From assembly GCA_000993275.1 (NCBI GenBank), contig LBVV01000009.1, positions 2,897 through 66,896 of the forward strand: a stretch of 64,000 nt of DNA. Reading direction: 5' to 3'. Source of the DNA: a candidate division CPR2 bacterium GW2011_GWC2_39_10. GTDB taxonomy: Bacteria; Patescibacteriota; CPR2. How positions within the stretch are numbered: the first letter of the stretch is position 1; each line of letters starts with the position of its first letter. Under the pieces are notes generated by a model. That model saw nothing but the letters and a program-made list of their open reading frames with translations. It was not told where the DNA came from and searched no databases. Of this stretch, positions 11,846 through 22,283 are shown in pieces. The position numbers and the translations under genes are program-made.

Positions 11846-12069
11846 TGAAATACAAAGAATTTATTGCAAAAAATGATAAGCAACTGACTAAAGACTTGGC
11901 CGATGCTTTAAAAAATTTAAGGGAATTAAGATTTGGCATTGCAACCAGAGAAGTTAAAAATACAAAGGCAATAGTTAATGTAAGGAAAGATATTGCCAGA
12001 ATTTTGACCTTAAGAAGAGAAAGAGAAATTGCAAAGGTACTAAGTGAGGAGAGCAAAAATGAGTCGTAA
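11845..12069 (+). CDS. rpmC: 50S ribosomal protein L29
   Basis: Operon position; 74 aa. Confidence 0.85.
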   Translation: MKYKEFIAKNDKQLTKDLADALKNLRELRFGIATREVKNTKAIVNVRKDIARILTLRREREIAKVLSEESKNES

Positions 12070-12355
12070 ATTAAAAGGGACGGTAGTCTCCGATAAAATG
12101 GATAAAACAGCAGTCGTAAGAGTTGACAGTCTAAAAACTCATCCGATTTACAAAAAAAAGTTTAAGGTTTCCAAAAAATATAAAATTCATGATGAAGGGA
12201 ATGTCTTAAAGGTTGGTGATGTTGTGGAGTTTGTCGAAACCAGACCAATTTCTAAAGACAAATCATGGGCGCTTTCCAAAGTATTAGAACAGGCTTCTTC
12301 GACAAGCTCACCTCGTGGTGACTCGCCGGAACCAGAACAGGCCAAGGGAGAATAA
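12044..12355 (+). CDS. rpsQ: 30S ribosomal protein S17 with an unusual Ser/Pro/Glu-rich C-terminal tail
   Basis: [14 protein letters not shown] motif; likely start at M 12059. Confidence 0.9.
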   Translation: MRRAKMSRKLKGTVVSDKMDKTAVVRVDSLKTHPIYKKKFKVSKKYKIHDEGNVLKVGDVVEFVETRPISKDKSWALSKVLEQASSTSSPRGDSPEPEQAKGE

Positions 12356-12356
12356 A

Positions 12357-12725
12357 ATGATCCAGGAAAGAACAATGTTAAAAGTTGCAGACAACACCGG
12401 TGCGAAAATTATTCAATGCATTCGTGTTCTTGGCGGTACAAGGAAAAGAACCGCTGCAGTTGGCGAACTTATCGTTGGTACCGTCAAAAGTGCAATGCCT
12501 GGCGGGACGGTAAAAAAGAAGGAAGTTGTAAGGTGCGTTATTGTTAGAGCAGTCAAGGAACAGAAAAGAAAAGACGGCTCAACCATTCGCTTTGATGAAA
12601 ATGCTTGTGTAGTTATTAATAAAGAAGGAAATCCAAGAGGAACCAGAATTTTTGGTCCTGTTGGAAGAGAATTAAGAGATAAAGGTTATTCGAAAATCAT
12701 ATCGCTTGCACCGGAGGTATTATAA
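12357..12725 (+). CDS. rplN: 50S ribosomal protein L14
   Basis: [17 protein letters not shown]; ATG 12357 directly follows the rpsQ stop. Confidence 0.95.
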   Translation: MIQERTMLKVADNTGAKIIQCIRVLGGTRKRTAAVGELIVGTVKSAMPGGTVKKKEVVRCVIVRAVKEQKRKDGSTIRFDENACVVINKEGNPRGTRIFGPVGRELRDKGYSKIISLAPEVL

Positions 12726-13031
12726 ATGAAAGTTAAAAAAGGCGACAATATACTCGTTACCGTTGGTAAGGATAAGGGCAAAACCGGCAAAGTTATGCAA
12801 GTTTTACCTTCAGACGCTGCAGTTATAGTTGAAGGTATCAATATTAAGAAAAAGGCTGTTAAAGCTTCGACAAAGATACCGGCCGGTGGCATTATTGAGG
12901 TTACAAAGTCGATTGATTCATCTAATTTAGCAGTTGTTTGTCCGAGATGTAATAAGCCGGCCAGAATGGGTTATACCGAAATAAAAGGCGGTAAGGTCAG
13001 AATTTGCAAGAGATGCAAGGAGAAAATCTAA
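12726..13031 (+). CDS. rplX: 50S ribosomal protein L24
   Basis: KOW-domain sequence; operon position. Confidence 0.9.
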   Translation: MKVKKGDNILVTVGKDKGKTGKVMQVLPSDAAVIVEGINIKKKAVKASTKIPAGGIIEVTKSIDSSNLAVVCPRCNKPARMGYTEIKGGKVRICKRCKEKI

Positions 13032-13582
13032 TGGCAAGACTAAAAGATTTATATAAGAAAGAAATAATAAAAAAGATGGAAACTGATTTTGGTTATACGA
13101 ACGCAATGGAGGTACCAAAAATAACGAAGATATCCGTAAACATTGGTGTCGGTCAAGCAATTACCAATTCCAAGTTGTTAGACGAGTTAGAAAATATTGT
13201 CGCTAAAATTACGGGTCAAAAACCAATCAGGACTATAGCCAAGAAATCCATCGCCGGTTTTAAATTAAGAGAAGGATATCCAATTGGCCTGTCTGTTATT
13301 CTAAGGGGCGAAAGAATGTATGATTTTTTAGATAGATTAGTTAATGTTGCTCTTCCGAGAGTCAGGGACTTTAGAGGCATAAAACCCAAAGCCTTTGACG
13401 GTAAAGGCAACTATTCGTTAGGAATTAATGAACATACAGTTTTTCCGGAGGTGTCGCATGATGATATTGTCGGAACGTATGGATTGCAGGTAAATATAAA
13501 TACTACCGCAACAAATAATGAAGAAGCCAAAAAGTTGTTAGAATATTTTGGATTTCCATTTAAGAAAGATGGGAGTAAATAA
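13031..13582 (+). CDS. rplE: 50S ribosomal protein L5
   Basis: [13 protein letters not shown]-terminus; start overlaps the rplX stop (TAATG). Confidence 0.93.
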   Translation: MARLKDLYKKEIIKKMETDFGYTNAMEVPKITKISVNIGVGQAITNSKLLDELENIVAKITGQKPIRTIAKKSIAGFKLREGYPIGLSVILRGERMYDFLDRLVNVALPRVRDFRGIKPKAFDGKGNYSLGINEHTVFPEVSHDDIVGTYGLQVNINTTATNNEEAKKLLEYFGFPFKKDGSK

Positions 13583-13584
13583 TT

Positions 13585-13770
13585 ATGGCAAGAAAAGCTT
13601 TAATAGAAAAAGCATTAAGAAAACCTAAATTTTCCACCCGAAAAATTAGTCGTTGCCAAATCTGTGGTCGGCCAAAAGCTTACATCAGAAAATACGGAAT
13701 GTGCAGAATCTGCTTCAGGGAAAGAGCGTCTAGGGGTGAAATTCCGGGTATAACTAAGAGTTCGTGGTAA
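13585..13770 (+). CDS. rpsN: 30S ribosomal protein S14, Zn-ribbon type Z
   Basis: 61 aa with CQICGR...CRIC. Confidence 0.93.
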   Translation: MARKALIEKALRKPKFSTRKISRCQICGRPKAYIRKYGMCRICFRERASRGEIPGITKSSW

Positions 13771-13795
13771 AATCTAAGGCAAAAAGGAGAAATAA

Positions 13796-14197
13796 ATGGC
13801 AGTATCAGATCCAATCGCTGACATGTTAACAAGAATAAGGAATGCCTTAAAAGTAAGAAAGGCAATAGTTGCATTACCGTCATCCAAGATGAAGATGGAT
13901 ATCCTTTCAATACTTAAAAAACGTGGTTTTATTGCCGATTTTAAGGAAATATCCAAAGAAGGTTTCAAAGAAATTGAAATAGAATTAAAGTATGAATCGG
14001 ATGGTCGAACCCCGGTTATTACTGAAACTTCCAGAATATCCAAACCCGGCAGGAGAGTGTACTCCAAAAAAGATGATATTCCGCGAGTAATGCAAGGTAG
14101 GGGCATTATCGTTATGTCAACTTCAAAAGGCATTATGTCTGGTGACGATGCTAAAAAAGAAGGTTTGGGAGGCGAAGTCCTTCTAAAAGCCTGGTAA
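13796..14197 (+). CDS. rpsH: 30S ribosomal protein S8
   Basis: DPIADMLTRIRNA motif. Confidence 0.95.
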   Translation: MAVSDPIADMLTRIRNALKVRKAIVALPSSKMKMDILSILKKRGFIADFKEISKEGFKEIEIELKYESDGRTPVITETSRISKPGRRVYSKKDDIPRVMQGRGIIVMSTSKGIMSGDDAKKEGLGGEVLLKAW

Positions 14198-14270
14198 AGG
14201 GCAAAACCCTCACCCCTGCCCTCTCCCAATGGAGAGGGAGAAAGAGGAAGTTAATCTATAGGGAGAAAAA

Positions 14271-14810
14271 ATGTCAAGAATCGGAAAATTACCAATAGAA
14301 ATCCCAAGCGGAGTAACCGTAGACTTAGAACAAAATCTAGTTAAGGTTATCGGTGCAAAAGGCAGTTTAGAACTGGAAGTGTCTGACCTTTTAGTTATTA
14401 AAAAAGATGAAGCCAGCATTACGGTAGTGCCAAAGGAAGAAACAACAAGCGCCAGACAGCTTTGGGGCTTAACCAGAACTTTAGTTAGCAATATGGTGAT
14501 TGGAGTTTCTGAGGGTTACGAAAAAAAACTTGAAATAGTAGGTATTGGCTATAAGGCGCAGATGCAAGGAAATAAATTGGTAGTAAATGCCGGCTATTCT
14601 CATCCGGTAGAATTTAATCCGCCGGAAGGAATTAGTCTAAAAGTAGAAAAAAATACAATAACCGTTTCGGGTTTTGATAAACAATTGGTAGGCCAGGCAG
14701 CCGCGAATATTAGAGAAATTAGAAAGCCGGAACCATATAAGGGCAAGGGCATAAAGTATGTCGGCGAACATATTAGAAGAAAAGCTGGGAAAGCAGCTAA
14801 GGCGAGGTAA
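14271..14810 (+). CDS. rplF: 50S ribosomal protein L6
   Basis: MSRIGKLPIEIPSGV N-terminus. Confidence 0.95.
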   Translation: MSRIGKLPIEIPSGVTVDLEQNLVKVIGAKGSLELEVSDLLVIKKDEASITVVPKEETTSARQLWGLTRTLVSNMVIGVSEGYEKKLEIVGIGYKAQMQGNKLVVNAGYSHPVEFNPPEGISLKVEKNTITVSGFDKQLVGQAAANIREIRKPEPYKGKGIKYVGEHIRRKAGKAAKAR

Positions 14811-14812
14811 AA

Positions 14813-15157
14813 ATGACTAAAAGAGAAGCATTAATTAGAAGAAAAAACAGAATAAGGCAAAAAATAAGCGGTAATGCAAAAAGACCAAGATTATCCGTTT
14901 ATACTTCCAATAACCACGTTATTGCCCAACTGATTAACGATGAAAAGGGTAATACTATTGCTTATGCAACCGATATTAATATAAAAAATACTAAAGGTAC
15001 AAAGACCCAAATTGCAGCCTTGGTTGGGACAGAAATTGCCAAAATGGCAAAAACCAAAAAAATTGACGAAGTGGTTTTTGACAGAGGCGGTAAACTATAC
15101 CATGGCCGTGTTAAAGCGTTAGCTGAAGCTGCAAGAGAAGCCGGTCTTAAATTTTAA
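14813..15157 (+). CDS. rplR: 50S ribosomal protein L18
   Basis: Operon position; L18 core. Confidence 0.9.
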   Translation: MTKREALIRRKNRIRQKISGNAKRPRLSVYTSNNHVIAQLINDEKGNTIAYATDINIKNTKGTKTQIAALVGTEIAKMAKTKKIDEVVFDRGGKLYHGRVKALAEAAREAGLKF

Positions 15158-15166
15158 GGGGAAAAT

Positions 15167-15844
15167 ATGGCAGATTTTGTGAAGTCCGAAGAGAAATTAT
15201 ATGATGAAAGAGTCGTACAAATCGACCGAATCACCCGTGTAGTTGCCGGTGGCAGAAGGCTTAGATTTAGAGCAACCGTAGTGGTTGGAGACAAAAACGG
15301 CAGTGTTGGTGTTGGCATAGCTAAGGGTCGTGAGGTTGTTTTGGCAATTAACAAAGCTTCCCAAAAGGCTCGAAAAAGCATGGTTAAAGTTACCCTTAAA
15401 GGCACAACTATCCCTCATGAAGTCATGGTGAAATTCAGTGGCGCGAAAGTTTTTCTTAAACCCGCATCTAAGGGTACCGGTGTTATTGCCGGCGGAGCGG
15501 TACGCGCAGTGGTGGAGGTTGCCGGCATCCATGATATTTTAAGTAAAATGATTGGTTCTTCCAATAAAATCAATAATGTTTATGCAACTTTTGAAGCTCT
15601 AAAGCAATTAAAGGCAATAAACAATAAACAAGAAACAATAAACAAGAAAACAGAAAAGAAAATGGTAGAAAACCCTGTTAAGGAAGAAAATGAAATCGAA
15701 GAAAAGGCTGATGAAGCAGTAAAGGAAGAAATTGCTAAATCACCAAAAATAGAAAAAGAAAAAGCTGCCGAAGCGGTAAAAATTGAAAAAAAAGAAACTA
15801 AGGCAAAAAAAGATATTAAAGAAGTAAAAAAGAGTAGTAAATAA
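15167..15844 (+). CDS. rpsE: 30S ribosomal protein S5 with a long Lys/Glu-rich C-terminal tail
   Basis: S5 core ([11 protein letters not shown]) plus low-complexity tail. Confidence 0.93.
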   Translation: MADFVKSEEKLYDERVVQIDRITRVVAGGRRLRFRATVVVGDKNGSVGVGIAKGREVVLAINKASQKARKSMVKVTLKGTTIPHEVMVKFSGAKVFLKPASKGTGVIAGGAVRAVVEVAGIHDILSKMIGSSNKINNVYATFEALKQLKAINNKQETINKKTEKKMVENPVKEENEIEEKADEAVKEEIAKSPKIEKEKAAEAVKIEKKETKAKKDIKEVKKSSK

Positions 15845-16278
15845 TGAAGTTACACGAAATTACCCAAAAAGTTGGGAAAAAGTCAAAAAGAATTGGTCGC
15901 GGAATTGGTTCCGGGCGAGGCAAAACTGCCGGACGAGGAACAAAAGGTCAAAACTCCAGAACCGGAGGCGGAGTTAGGCCCGGCTTTGAAGGCGGACAGA
16001 CGCCTCTTATTAGGAGAATCCCCAAACTTAAAGGTTTTAAATCCAGAAATCCAAAAGCCAAAGTTATTAATTTGGATGATTTAAATAAATTAAGTGATGG
16101 CGCCAAGATTAATGACGGGACGCTGGTTGCATCCGGTCTGATTTTAAAGGGCCAAAAGTACAAGATATTGAACAGCGGCAATCTTGAAAAAAAATTGACC
16201 CTAGATACAGAAAGCGTTTCTAAAGAAGCCAAAAAAATTATTGATAAATCCACAAAAGAAGCCAAAAAAGCATCATAG
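15844..16278 (+). CDS. rplO: 50S ribosomal protein L15 (follows S5 directly, so no L30 gene)
   Basis: GRGIGSGRGKTAGRG motif. Confidence 0.93.
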   Translation: MKLHEITQKVGKKSKRIGRGIGSGRGKTAGRGTKGQNSRTGGGVRPGFEGGQTPLIRRIPKLKGFKSRNPKAKVINLDDLNKLSDGAKINDGTLVASGLILKGQKYKILNSGNLEKKLTLDTESVSKEAKKIIDKSTKEAKKAS

Positions 16279-16364
16279 TTTAGTAAAGAATTGTATATTA
16301 GATCTTTATTAAATTAAAATCGATATATATGGATGGGCTTAAATAAGTCCGAAAGGTAAATTCG

Positions 16365-17681
16365 TTGGAAACAATAAAAGCTATTATCAAAAATAAGGAA
16401 CTTAGAGGAAAGATTTTTTATGTTGCCTTTATTTTGGTTATTTTTAGACTTGTTTCCCATGTTCCGGTTCCGGGTCCGGATCCGGAATTGATCAGACAAT
16501 TTATAAGCGGTTATTTCAATCAAAGTTCGGCATTAGGAGTGTATGAAATCTTAACCGGCGGCGGTTTAAGTAAATTTTCCATACTCTTGATGGGCGTAGG
16601 TCCGTATATTACAGCATCCATTATCATGCAGCTTTTAACTATGGTTGTTCCAAGCCTTCATGCTCTATCCAAGGAAGGTGAACAGGGGCATCACAAAATT
16701 AATCAGTATTCGAGATACCTAACTGTACCAATTTCGATTATTCAGGGTTATTCGATGCTTAAAATCATTGATAATTCTTCCACCGCTATTTTGGACGGAA
16801 CCAGACTAATTGGAAATCCGGGTGTGGGAACTTGGGCGCTAATGTTATTTGCTACAACCGTTGGAACACTTTTTCTGATGTGGATCGGCGAACTTATTAC
16901 CGAAAAAGGCATTGGTAACGGAGTTTCCTTAATAATCTTTGCCGGAATTGTGGCCGGACTTCCGGTTTCAATTTCTAACCAGATTAAAAATATTACTTAC
17001 GAAGGCGGTTTTACACCCACCATTTTCTGGAAAGACATTGGGTTTTTGGTTGCTGGCGCCCTGGCTATTTTTGCGGTTGTTATTATTACCGAAGGTGTCA
17101 GGAAAATTCCAATTTCTTATGCAAAAAAAGTTCGAGGAAATAAAATTTACGGGGGTATGGATACCCATTTACCGGTTAAAGTGAACACGGCTGGTGTTAT
17201 CCCAATTATCTTTGCAGGTGCTTTTATGAGCTTGCCGCAGGTTGTAGGTTTGCTATCTAATGCTAAAACGGCATTTATAGCAAATTTTGCCAAATGGACG
17301 CAGGTTGCTTTCTCTTATGGTAAATGGCCGTATGTTGTTGCTTATTTCTTTTTAATAGTCGGATTTACATATTTTTCCACCTTTTTATACTTTAAACCGG
17401 ATGAGGTATCCGAAAATGTTCAGAAGCATGGCGGGTTTATTCCCGGAATACGCCCCGGCAGACAAACCGCAGAGTATCTCAAGTACGTTTTAAATAGGCT
17501 GACTTTAACCGGATCGGTATTCTTAGGTGTTATTGCGTCAATGCCATTTTTCCTTCAGTATTTCACGGGCGATCCAAGCTTGACAATAGGCGGTACCGGA
17601 CTTCTAATCGTGGTTTCGGTAGTTTTAGAAACAATGAAAAAAGTTCAGGCTCAGCTTATAATGCGTACGTATGAGAAATAA
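16365..17681 (+). CDS. secY: Preprotein translocase subunit SecY
   Basis: 10-TM SecY sequence; TTG start. Confidence 0.93.
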   Translation: METIKAIIKNKELRGKIFYVAFILVIFRLVSHVPVPGPDPELIRQFISGYFNQSSALGVYEILTGGGLSKFSILLMGVGPYITASIIMQLLTMVVPSLHALSKEGEQGHHKINQYSRYLTVPISIIQGYSMLKIIDNSSTAILDGTRLIGNPGVGTWALMLFATTVGTLFLMWIGELITEKGIGNGVSLIIFAGIVAGLPVSISNQIKNITYEGGFTPTIFWKDIGFLVAGALAIFAVVIITEGVRKIPISYAKKVRGNKIYGGMDTHLPVKVNTAGVIPIIFAGAFMSLPQVVGLLSNAKTAFIANFAKWTQVAFSYGKWPYVVAYFFLIVGFTYFSTFLYFKPDEVSENVQKHGGFIPGIRPGRQTAEYLKYVLNRLTLTGSVFLGVIASMPFFLQYFTGDPSLTIGGTGLLIVVSVVLETMKKVQAQLIMRTYEK

Positions 17682-17761
17682 GATAATGAAAACCCTTGCA
17701 AAAGAGCAAAAATTATAGTATATTAATTAGGTCTTAAATTTAAGGCAAGAAAGTACCAAGA

Positions 17762-17983
17762 ATGACTGATACAAAGGAAGTAATTGAGTTAACGGGAACC
17801 GTCCTCGAAACTCTGCCAAACGCAATGTTTAGGGTAGAGTTGGAGAACGGACATGTTATTTTAGCGCATATCTCCGGCAAAATGAGAATGCACTATATCA
17901 AGATTTTGCCTGGAGACAAAGTTACGGTTGAAATGACCCCATACGATTTAACTAAAGGCCGAATCACATTCAGGCTAAAGTAG
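17762..17983 (+). CDS. infA: Translation initiation factor IF-1
   Basis: 73 aa S1-like; [16 protein letters not shown]. Confidence 0.93.
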   Translation: MTDTKEVIELTGTVLETLPNAMFRVELENGHVILAHISGKMRMHYIKILPGDKVTVEMTPYDLTKGRITFRLK

Positions 17984-17989
17984 ATCAGG

Positions 17990-18030
17990 ACAGGAAACAG
18001 GAAACAGGAAACAGTAATCAGGAAACAAAG
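17990..18030. repeat. Tandem heptamer (caggaaa)n with embedded caggaaacagtaatcag motif
   Basis: ggacaggaaacaggaaacaggaaacagtaatcaggaaaca; the same 17-mer occurs reverse-complemented in the tRNA-Thr/tRNA-Tyr spacer (32236-32255). Confidence 0.5.
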
Positions 18031-18041
18031 GAAATATAGAT

Positions 18042-18155
18042 ATGAAAGTGCGAGCAAGTGTAAAACAAATATGTATGAAATGTAAGGTAATCCGCCGAAA
18101 AGGTGTTTTGCGGGTCATTTGTGAAAACCCCAAACACAAGCAAAGGCAAGGATAA
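18042..18155 (+). CDS. rpmJ: 50S ribosomal protein L36
   Basis: [37 protein letters not shown]; not in the ORF track because it is under 60 aa. Confidence 0.9.
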   Translation: MKVRASVKQICMKCKVIRRKGVLRVICENPKHKQRQG

Positions 18156-18238
18156 AACAAGTTAAACGGTTAGGCAGTTAAATAGGAATTTGTAACTAAT
18201 CAACTAATCAACTGATAGACTGATACCAAAGGAGAAAA

Positions 18239-18625
18239 ATGGCGAGAGTAAAAGGTGTAGACCTTCCAAGAGAAAAAAGAATAGAAATTGCCCTTACATA
18301 TATTTACGGTATTGGGCTCACGAGAAGTCATAAAATTCTTGAACAGGCAAAAATAAATGCTGATACCAGAGTTAGTAAGCTTACCGAATCGGAAGTAAAT
18401 AGAATTAGAGAAATTATTGAGAAGAATTTTACAGTTGAGGGCGATTTAAGAAGAGAAGTTCAAACCGATATAAAAAGATTAAAAGACATAAGTTCCTATA
18501 GGGGAAATAGGCATAAAGCCGGTTTGCCGGTTAGGGGGCAGCGAACGAAAACAAATTCCAGAACCAAAAGAGGCAGAAAAGTAACCATTGGTTCAGGAAA
18601 GAAGAAAGCGCCCGGAAAAACTTAA
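18239..18625 (+). CDS. rpsM: 30S ribosomal protein S13
   Basis: [26 protein letters not shown]. Confidence 0.95.
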   Translation: MARVKGVDLPREKRIEIALTYIYGIGLTRSHKILEQAKINADTRVSKLTESEVNRIREIIEKNFTVEGDLRREVQTDIKRLKDISSYRGNRHKAGLPVRGQRTKTNSRTKRGRKVTIGSGKKKAPGKT

Positions 18626-18652
18626 AAATTTAAATCCAAAACGGAGATATTA

Positions 18653-19045
18653 ATGGCAGCAAAGAAATCAGTTGCGAAAAAAAAGAAAATTAAAAAAGTT
18701 GTCGTCGAAGGCAAGGCCTTTGTACGGTCTACTTTTAATAACACCATAATTACCATTTCCGATAAAGATGGCAATGTTCTTGCTTGGGATAGTTCCGGAG
18801 CTTCCGGTTTTAAAGGTTCCAGAAAAAGCACTCCCTATGCAGCTCAGGTTGCAGCTTCACATGTTGCCGACAAGGCCAAAGCTTATGGCATCAGAAAAGT
18901 TTCTGTTTTTGTAAAAGGTATTGGAAGCGGCAGAGAAACTGCTGTCAGATCAATCCAAAATAGCGGCATTGATGTCACTTCAATAAAAGATATAACTCCA
19001 ATTCCACATAATGGTTGCAGACCAAGAAAGCCGAGGAGAGTATAA
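18653..19045 (+). CDS. rpsK: 30S ribosomal protein S11
   Basis: S11 core sequence. Confidence 0.95.
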   Translation: MAAKKSVAKKKKIKKVVVEGKAFVRSTFNNTIITISDKDGNVLAWDSSGASGFKGSRKSTPYAAQVAASHVADKAKAYGIRKVSVFVKGIGSGRETAVRSIQNSGIDVTSIKDITPIPHNGCRPRKPRRV

Positions 19046-19677
19046 TGGCAAGAATGAAAGATGCTCAGTGCAGACTTTGCCGAAGAGCAGGTCAAAAACT
19101 ATTTTTAAAGGGCGATAGATGTTTGGGTCCGAAATGCGCCATCATAACCAAAAACTATCCGCCGGGACAGCATGGTGTTTCCGGTTCCAGAAAATCGTCC
19201 GCTTACGCTATGGCTTTAAAGGAAAAGCAAAAAGTTAAAAGAATGTATGGCGTTTTAGAAAGACAGTTTCGAAATTATTATAAAGCTGCCGATGGGAAAG
19301 AAGGCGTAACCGGAACAATACTTTTACAGTATTTAGAAAAAAGACTAGATAATACTGTTTATCGCTTAGGCTTTGCTTCATCCAGAAGGGCGTCCAGACA
19401 ATTAGTTAACCATGGACATTTTACGGTTAACGGAAAAAAAGTTGATATCCCGTCGTTTCAGGTTAAAAAAGGCGATAAAATAGAAATTTCCGAATTTTCC
19501 AAAAATGATAAATATTTTAAGGAAATATTAAAAGATATTTTAGTAAAGGCAGATGTTCCGCAGTGGTTAAAACAAGACAGTAAAAAAATGACCGGAGAAG
19601 TAACCGGCGAACCGCTAAGAGAAAACATGGACCCGTCCATTCAAGAAGCATTAATAGTCGAGCTATATTCAAAATAA
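19045..19677 (+). CDS. rpsD: 30S ribosomal protein S4
   Basis: [16 protein letters not shown]; ATG overlaps the rpsK stop. Confidence 0.93.
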   Translation: MARMKDAQCRLCRRAGQKLFLKGDRCLGPKCAIITKNYPPGQHGVSGSRKSSAYAMALKEKQKVKRMYGVLERQFRNYYKAADGKEGVTGTILLQYLEKRLDNTVYRLGFASSRRASRQLVNHGHFTVNGKKVDIPSFQVKKGDKIEISEFSKNDKYFKEILKDILVKADVPQWLKQDSKKMTGEVTGEPLRENMDPSIQEALIVELYSK

Positions 19678-19697
19678 TCCTTTAAAGGAGGATATAA

Positions 19698-20648
19698 GTG
19701 ATACAGAATATTCATCTCCCAGAAATTAAAACAATTAAGGAAACCGGCAACCAAGGATCTTACTCCGTTGAGCCTCTTTATCCGGGCTACGGTATGACTC
19801 TTGGCAATTCGCTAAGAAGAGTGATTTTATCTTCTCTTCCGGGGTCTGCGGTGACTGCTGTTAAAATTGACGGGGTAACCCACGAGTTTACAACAATCCC
19901 TCATGTAAAAGAGGACATTGTTGAGATCATTCTTAACCTTAAGCAATTAACTGTCAAATCGCATTCTGAAGAAGAGCAGTATTTGTACTTAAGTGCTTCA
20001 GGTGAAGGCAAGGTAACTGCAAGGGATATCAAAGCCCCTTCTCAGGTAGAGATTTTAAATCCCGATCTTGAAATTGCCACTTTGGGCAATGCTAAAGCCA
20101 AGTTTGAAATGGAAATTAAAGTAGAGCAAGGCAGAGGCTATGTTCCGGTTGATAAAAGAGAAGGCGAAAAGTTACAAGTTGGCATGATTGCGATAGACGC
20201 TATTTATACGCCGGTTAAAAAGGTTCGTTATACCGTTGAAAGCACACGTGTCGGACAAATGACAGATCTTGACAAATTAATTATCGAACTTGAAACCGAT
20301 GGAACAATTTCTCCAAAGGAAGCAATTGTTCAAGCTTCAGAAATTTTAGTCAATCATTTCTTGGTTTTAGCCGGAAAAGAGGTTAAGGGTCAAGGTATGG
20401 TCACGGAAGGTGTGAAACCGGAAAAAAGTGCGGAAGACGCCGCTTCTAAAATTTTGGTTGAAGAAGTTAATCTTTCACCGCGCACTACTAATGCACTTCT
20501 AAACAACGATATCAAAACAATTGCCGATGTTCTAAATCTAACCGATGAAGAACTAAAAAGCCTTAAAGGCTTCGGCAACAAGGCTTATCAGGAAGTTAGA
20601 GAGAAGCTTGACGAATTAGGGTTTAATTTTGAGGTAGCTGGAGAGTAA
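19698..20648 (+). CDS. rpoA: DNA-directed RNA polymerase subunit alpha
   Basis: NTD and CTD motifs (GNSLRRVLLSSLPG); GTG start. Confidence 0.93.
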   Translation: MIQNIHLPEIKTIKETGNQGSYSVEPLYPGYGMTLGNSLRRVILSSLPGSAVTAVKIDGVTHEFTTIPHVKEDIVEIILNLKQLTVKSHSEEEQYLYLSASGEGKVTARDIKAPSQVEILNPDLEIATLGNAKAKFEMEIKVEQGRGYVPVDKREGEKLQVGMIAIDAIYTPVKKVRYTVESTRVGQMTDLDKLIIELETDGTISPKEAIVQASEILVNHFLVLAGKEVKGQGMVTEGVKPEKSAEDAASKILVEEVNLSPRTTNALLNNDIKTIADVLNLTDEELKSLKGFGNKAYQEVREKLDELGFNFEVAGE

Positions 20649-20649
20649 A

Positions 20650-21141
20650 ATGCATAGACACAAATACGTCGGTCGAAAATTTGGAAGAGAAAAAGGCCCA
20701 AGAGAAGCTTTAATTAAGAACTTGGCAACCTCTTTAATTCTTCACGAAAGAATAGAAACCACTTTGGCGAAAGCAAAAGAAATTAGGCCTGTTGTAGAAA
20801 AAATTATTACCAAGGGCAAAAAAGGCGATTTAGCTGCCAGAAGACAGCTTCTAAAAAAACTGCCTGAAAATGCTGCTGCAAAAGTTATAGAAAAACTATC
20901 TGTTGAATATAAAGAAACTCCCGGCGGTTATACCAGAATTTTAAAAACCGGGTTTCGAGGTGGGGATGGAGCACCAACAGCAATAATTGAATTTACCGGA
21001 GCCGAAGTTGCCATCAAAGAAGAGAAAAAGGCCAGAGAGGCTAAAAAGGAAGCCAGAAAAGTAAAGAAAGAGACTAAAGAAAAAAAGCCGGCCGCAAAGA
21101 AGAAAGAAATAGCCAAAAAGCTTAAAGGAGCTTCGAAATGA
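20650..21141 (+). CDS. rplQ: 50S ribosomal protein L17 with a Lys-rich tail
   Basis: MHRHKYVGRKFGRE. Confidence 0.93.
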   Translation: MHRHKYVGRKFGREKGPREALIKNLATSLILHERIETTLAKAKEIRPVVEKIITKGKKGDLAARRQLLKKLPENAAAKVIEKLSVEYKETPGGYTRILKTGFRGGDGAPTAIIEFTGAEVAIKEEKKAREAKKEARKVKKETKEKKPAAKKKEIAKKLKGASK

Positions 21142-21563
21142 AAACATACGTAACTAAACCGGCGGAAATAGTTAGAAAATGGTATTTGATTGACGGAAAC
21201 GATGTAGTTTTAGGACGTCTGTCAACAAATGTTGCCGATCTGCTTCGGGGTAAAAGAAAAGCTCATTTTTCCCCATCAGTTGATTGCGGCGACTTTGTAG
21301 TGGTTATTAATGCTTCTCAAATTAAAACCACCGGAAACAAAGAAGAAAAGAAAAAATATTACAGACATTCATGGTATCCGGGCGGGCTTAAAGAAGCAAC
21401 TTTAAGAGAAGTTAAAGCAAAAGACGACAGAATACCCTTATTTTTAGCGGTTAAGGGAATGCTGCCCAAAAATAAACTGCAAAATGAAATGTTAAAAAGG
21501 TTAAAAATATACTCTGGTAGCGACCATCCGCATACCCAGCAATTAGAAGAATACAAAGTATAA
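21138..21563 (+). CDS. rplM: 50S ribosomal protein L13
   Basis: MKTYVTKPAEIVRKWYLIDG. Confidence 0.93.
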   Translation: MKTYVTKPAEIVRKWYLIDGNDVVLGRLSTNVADLLRGKRKAHFSPSVDCGDFVVVINASQIKTTGNKEEKKKYYRHSWYPGGLKEATLREVKAKDDRIPLFLAVKGMLPKNKLQNEMLKRLKIYSGSDHPHTQQLEEYKV

Positions 21564-21624
21564 ATCAAAAGTCAAAATGCATAAAGAATTATATTCAAAA
21601 ATCACTATCTAAATACCCTTAACT

Positions 21625-21654
21625 GTCATTCCCGCGGAGGCGGGAATCCAGAAG
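21625..21654. repeat. Palindromic hairpin repeat (gtcattcccgcggaggcgggaatccagaag), family B
   Basis: Perfect inverted repeat attcccgc/gcgggaat; related copies elsewhere in the window. Confidence 0.6.
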
Positions 21655-21677
21655 CCTAAAATAGGCAATAAGGATTA

Positions 21678-22118
21678 GTGAAAGAAAAACCCCAAGAGGA
21701 GACATTAATGGTTGAAGAAAAAAAACAAGTCAAAAAACAATACTACTACGGCTTAGGAAGACGAAAAGAAGCTATTTCTAAAGTTAGGCTATATATTGGA
21801 AAAGGTGAATTTACTATAAACGGAAAGAAAATTGAAGAAATATTTAGTGCTTATTTAATTCAAAGACTAATTCAGCCCCTAAAGTTAACCGGAACAGAAA
21901 ATAAATTTGATATTTCTGTTGTTTCCTCAAGCGGAGGCAAAACCGGTCAAGCAGAAGCCACCAGGCTAGGAATTTCCAGAGCTCTAATAGAATTTAATCC
22001 GGAACTCAGGACCACTCTTAAAAAAGCCGGATTCTTAACCAGAGATCCAAGAGAAAAAGAAAGAAAGAAATACGGCCTAAAAAGAGCCAGAAAAGCACCA
22101 CAATTTGCAAAAAGATAA
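21678..22118 (+). CDS. rpsI: 30S ribosomal protein S9
   Basis: C-terminal GGKTGQAEA...KRARKAPQFAKR. Confidence 0.93.
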   Translation: MKEKPQEETLMVEEKKQVKKQYYYGLGRRKEAISKVRLYIGKGEFTINGKKIEEIFSAYLIQRLIQPLKLTGTENKFDISVVSSSGGKTGQAEATRLGISRALIEFNPELRTTLKKAGFLTRDPREKERKKYGLKRARKAPQFAKR

Positions 22119-22120
22119 AA

Positions 22121-22147
22121 AAAACCACTCGAAAGAGTGGTTTTTTA
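22121..22147 (+). terminator. Rho-independent terminator after rpsI, end of the ribosomal super-operon
   Basis: ccactc-gaaa-gagtgg plus tttttt. Confidence 0.7.
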
Positions 22148-22191
22148 GTAAACAGTTAATGGCAAGCAGAAACCACCCTCATTTTTGCTTT

Positions 22192-22246
22192 GTCAATCCG
22201 GACATTCCTTTAGAAAATACAATCAAGTGATCCGGAATCCAGAAAG
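22192..22246. repeat. Family B hairpin repeat (gtcaatccggacattc...gatccggaatccagaaag)
   Basis: ~80% identical to 25215-25264. Confidence 0.6.
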
Positions 22247-22283
22247 AAAAAAATATCAATCCTGTCCTTTTCTGAAGCAAAAA

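Noticed and set aside
15840-15850. A missed rpmD (L30) gene between rpsE and rplO
   Set aside because: The rplO start overlaps the rpsE stop, leaving no intergenic space.
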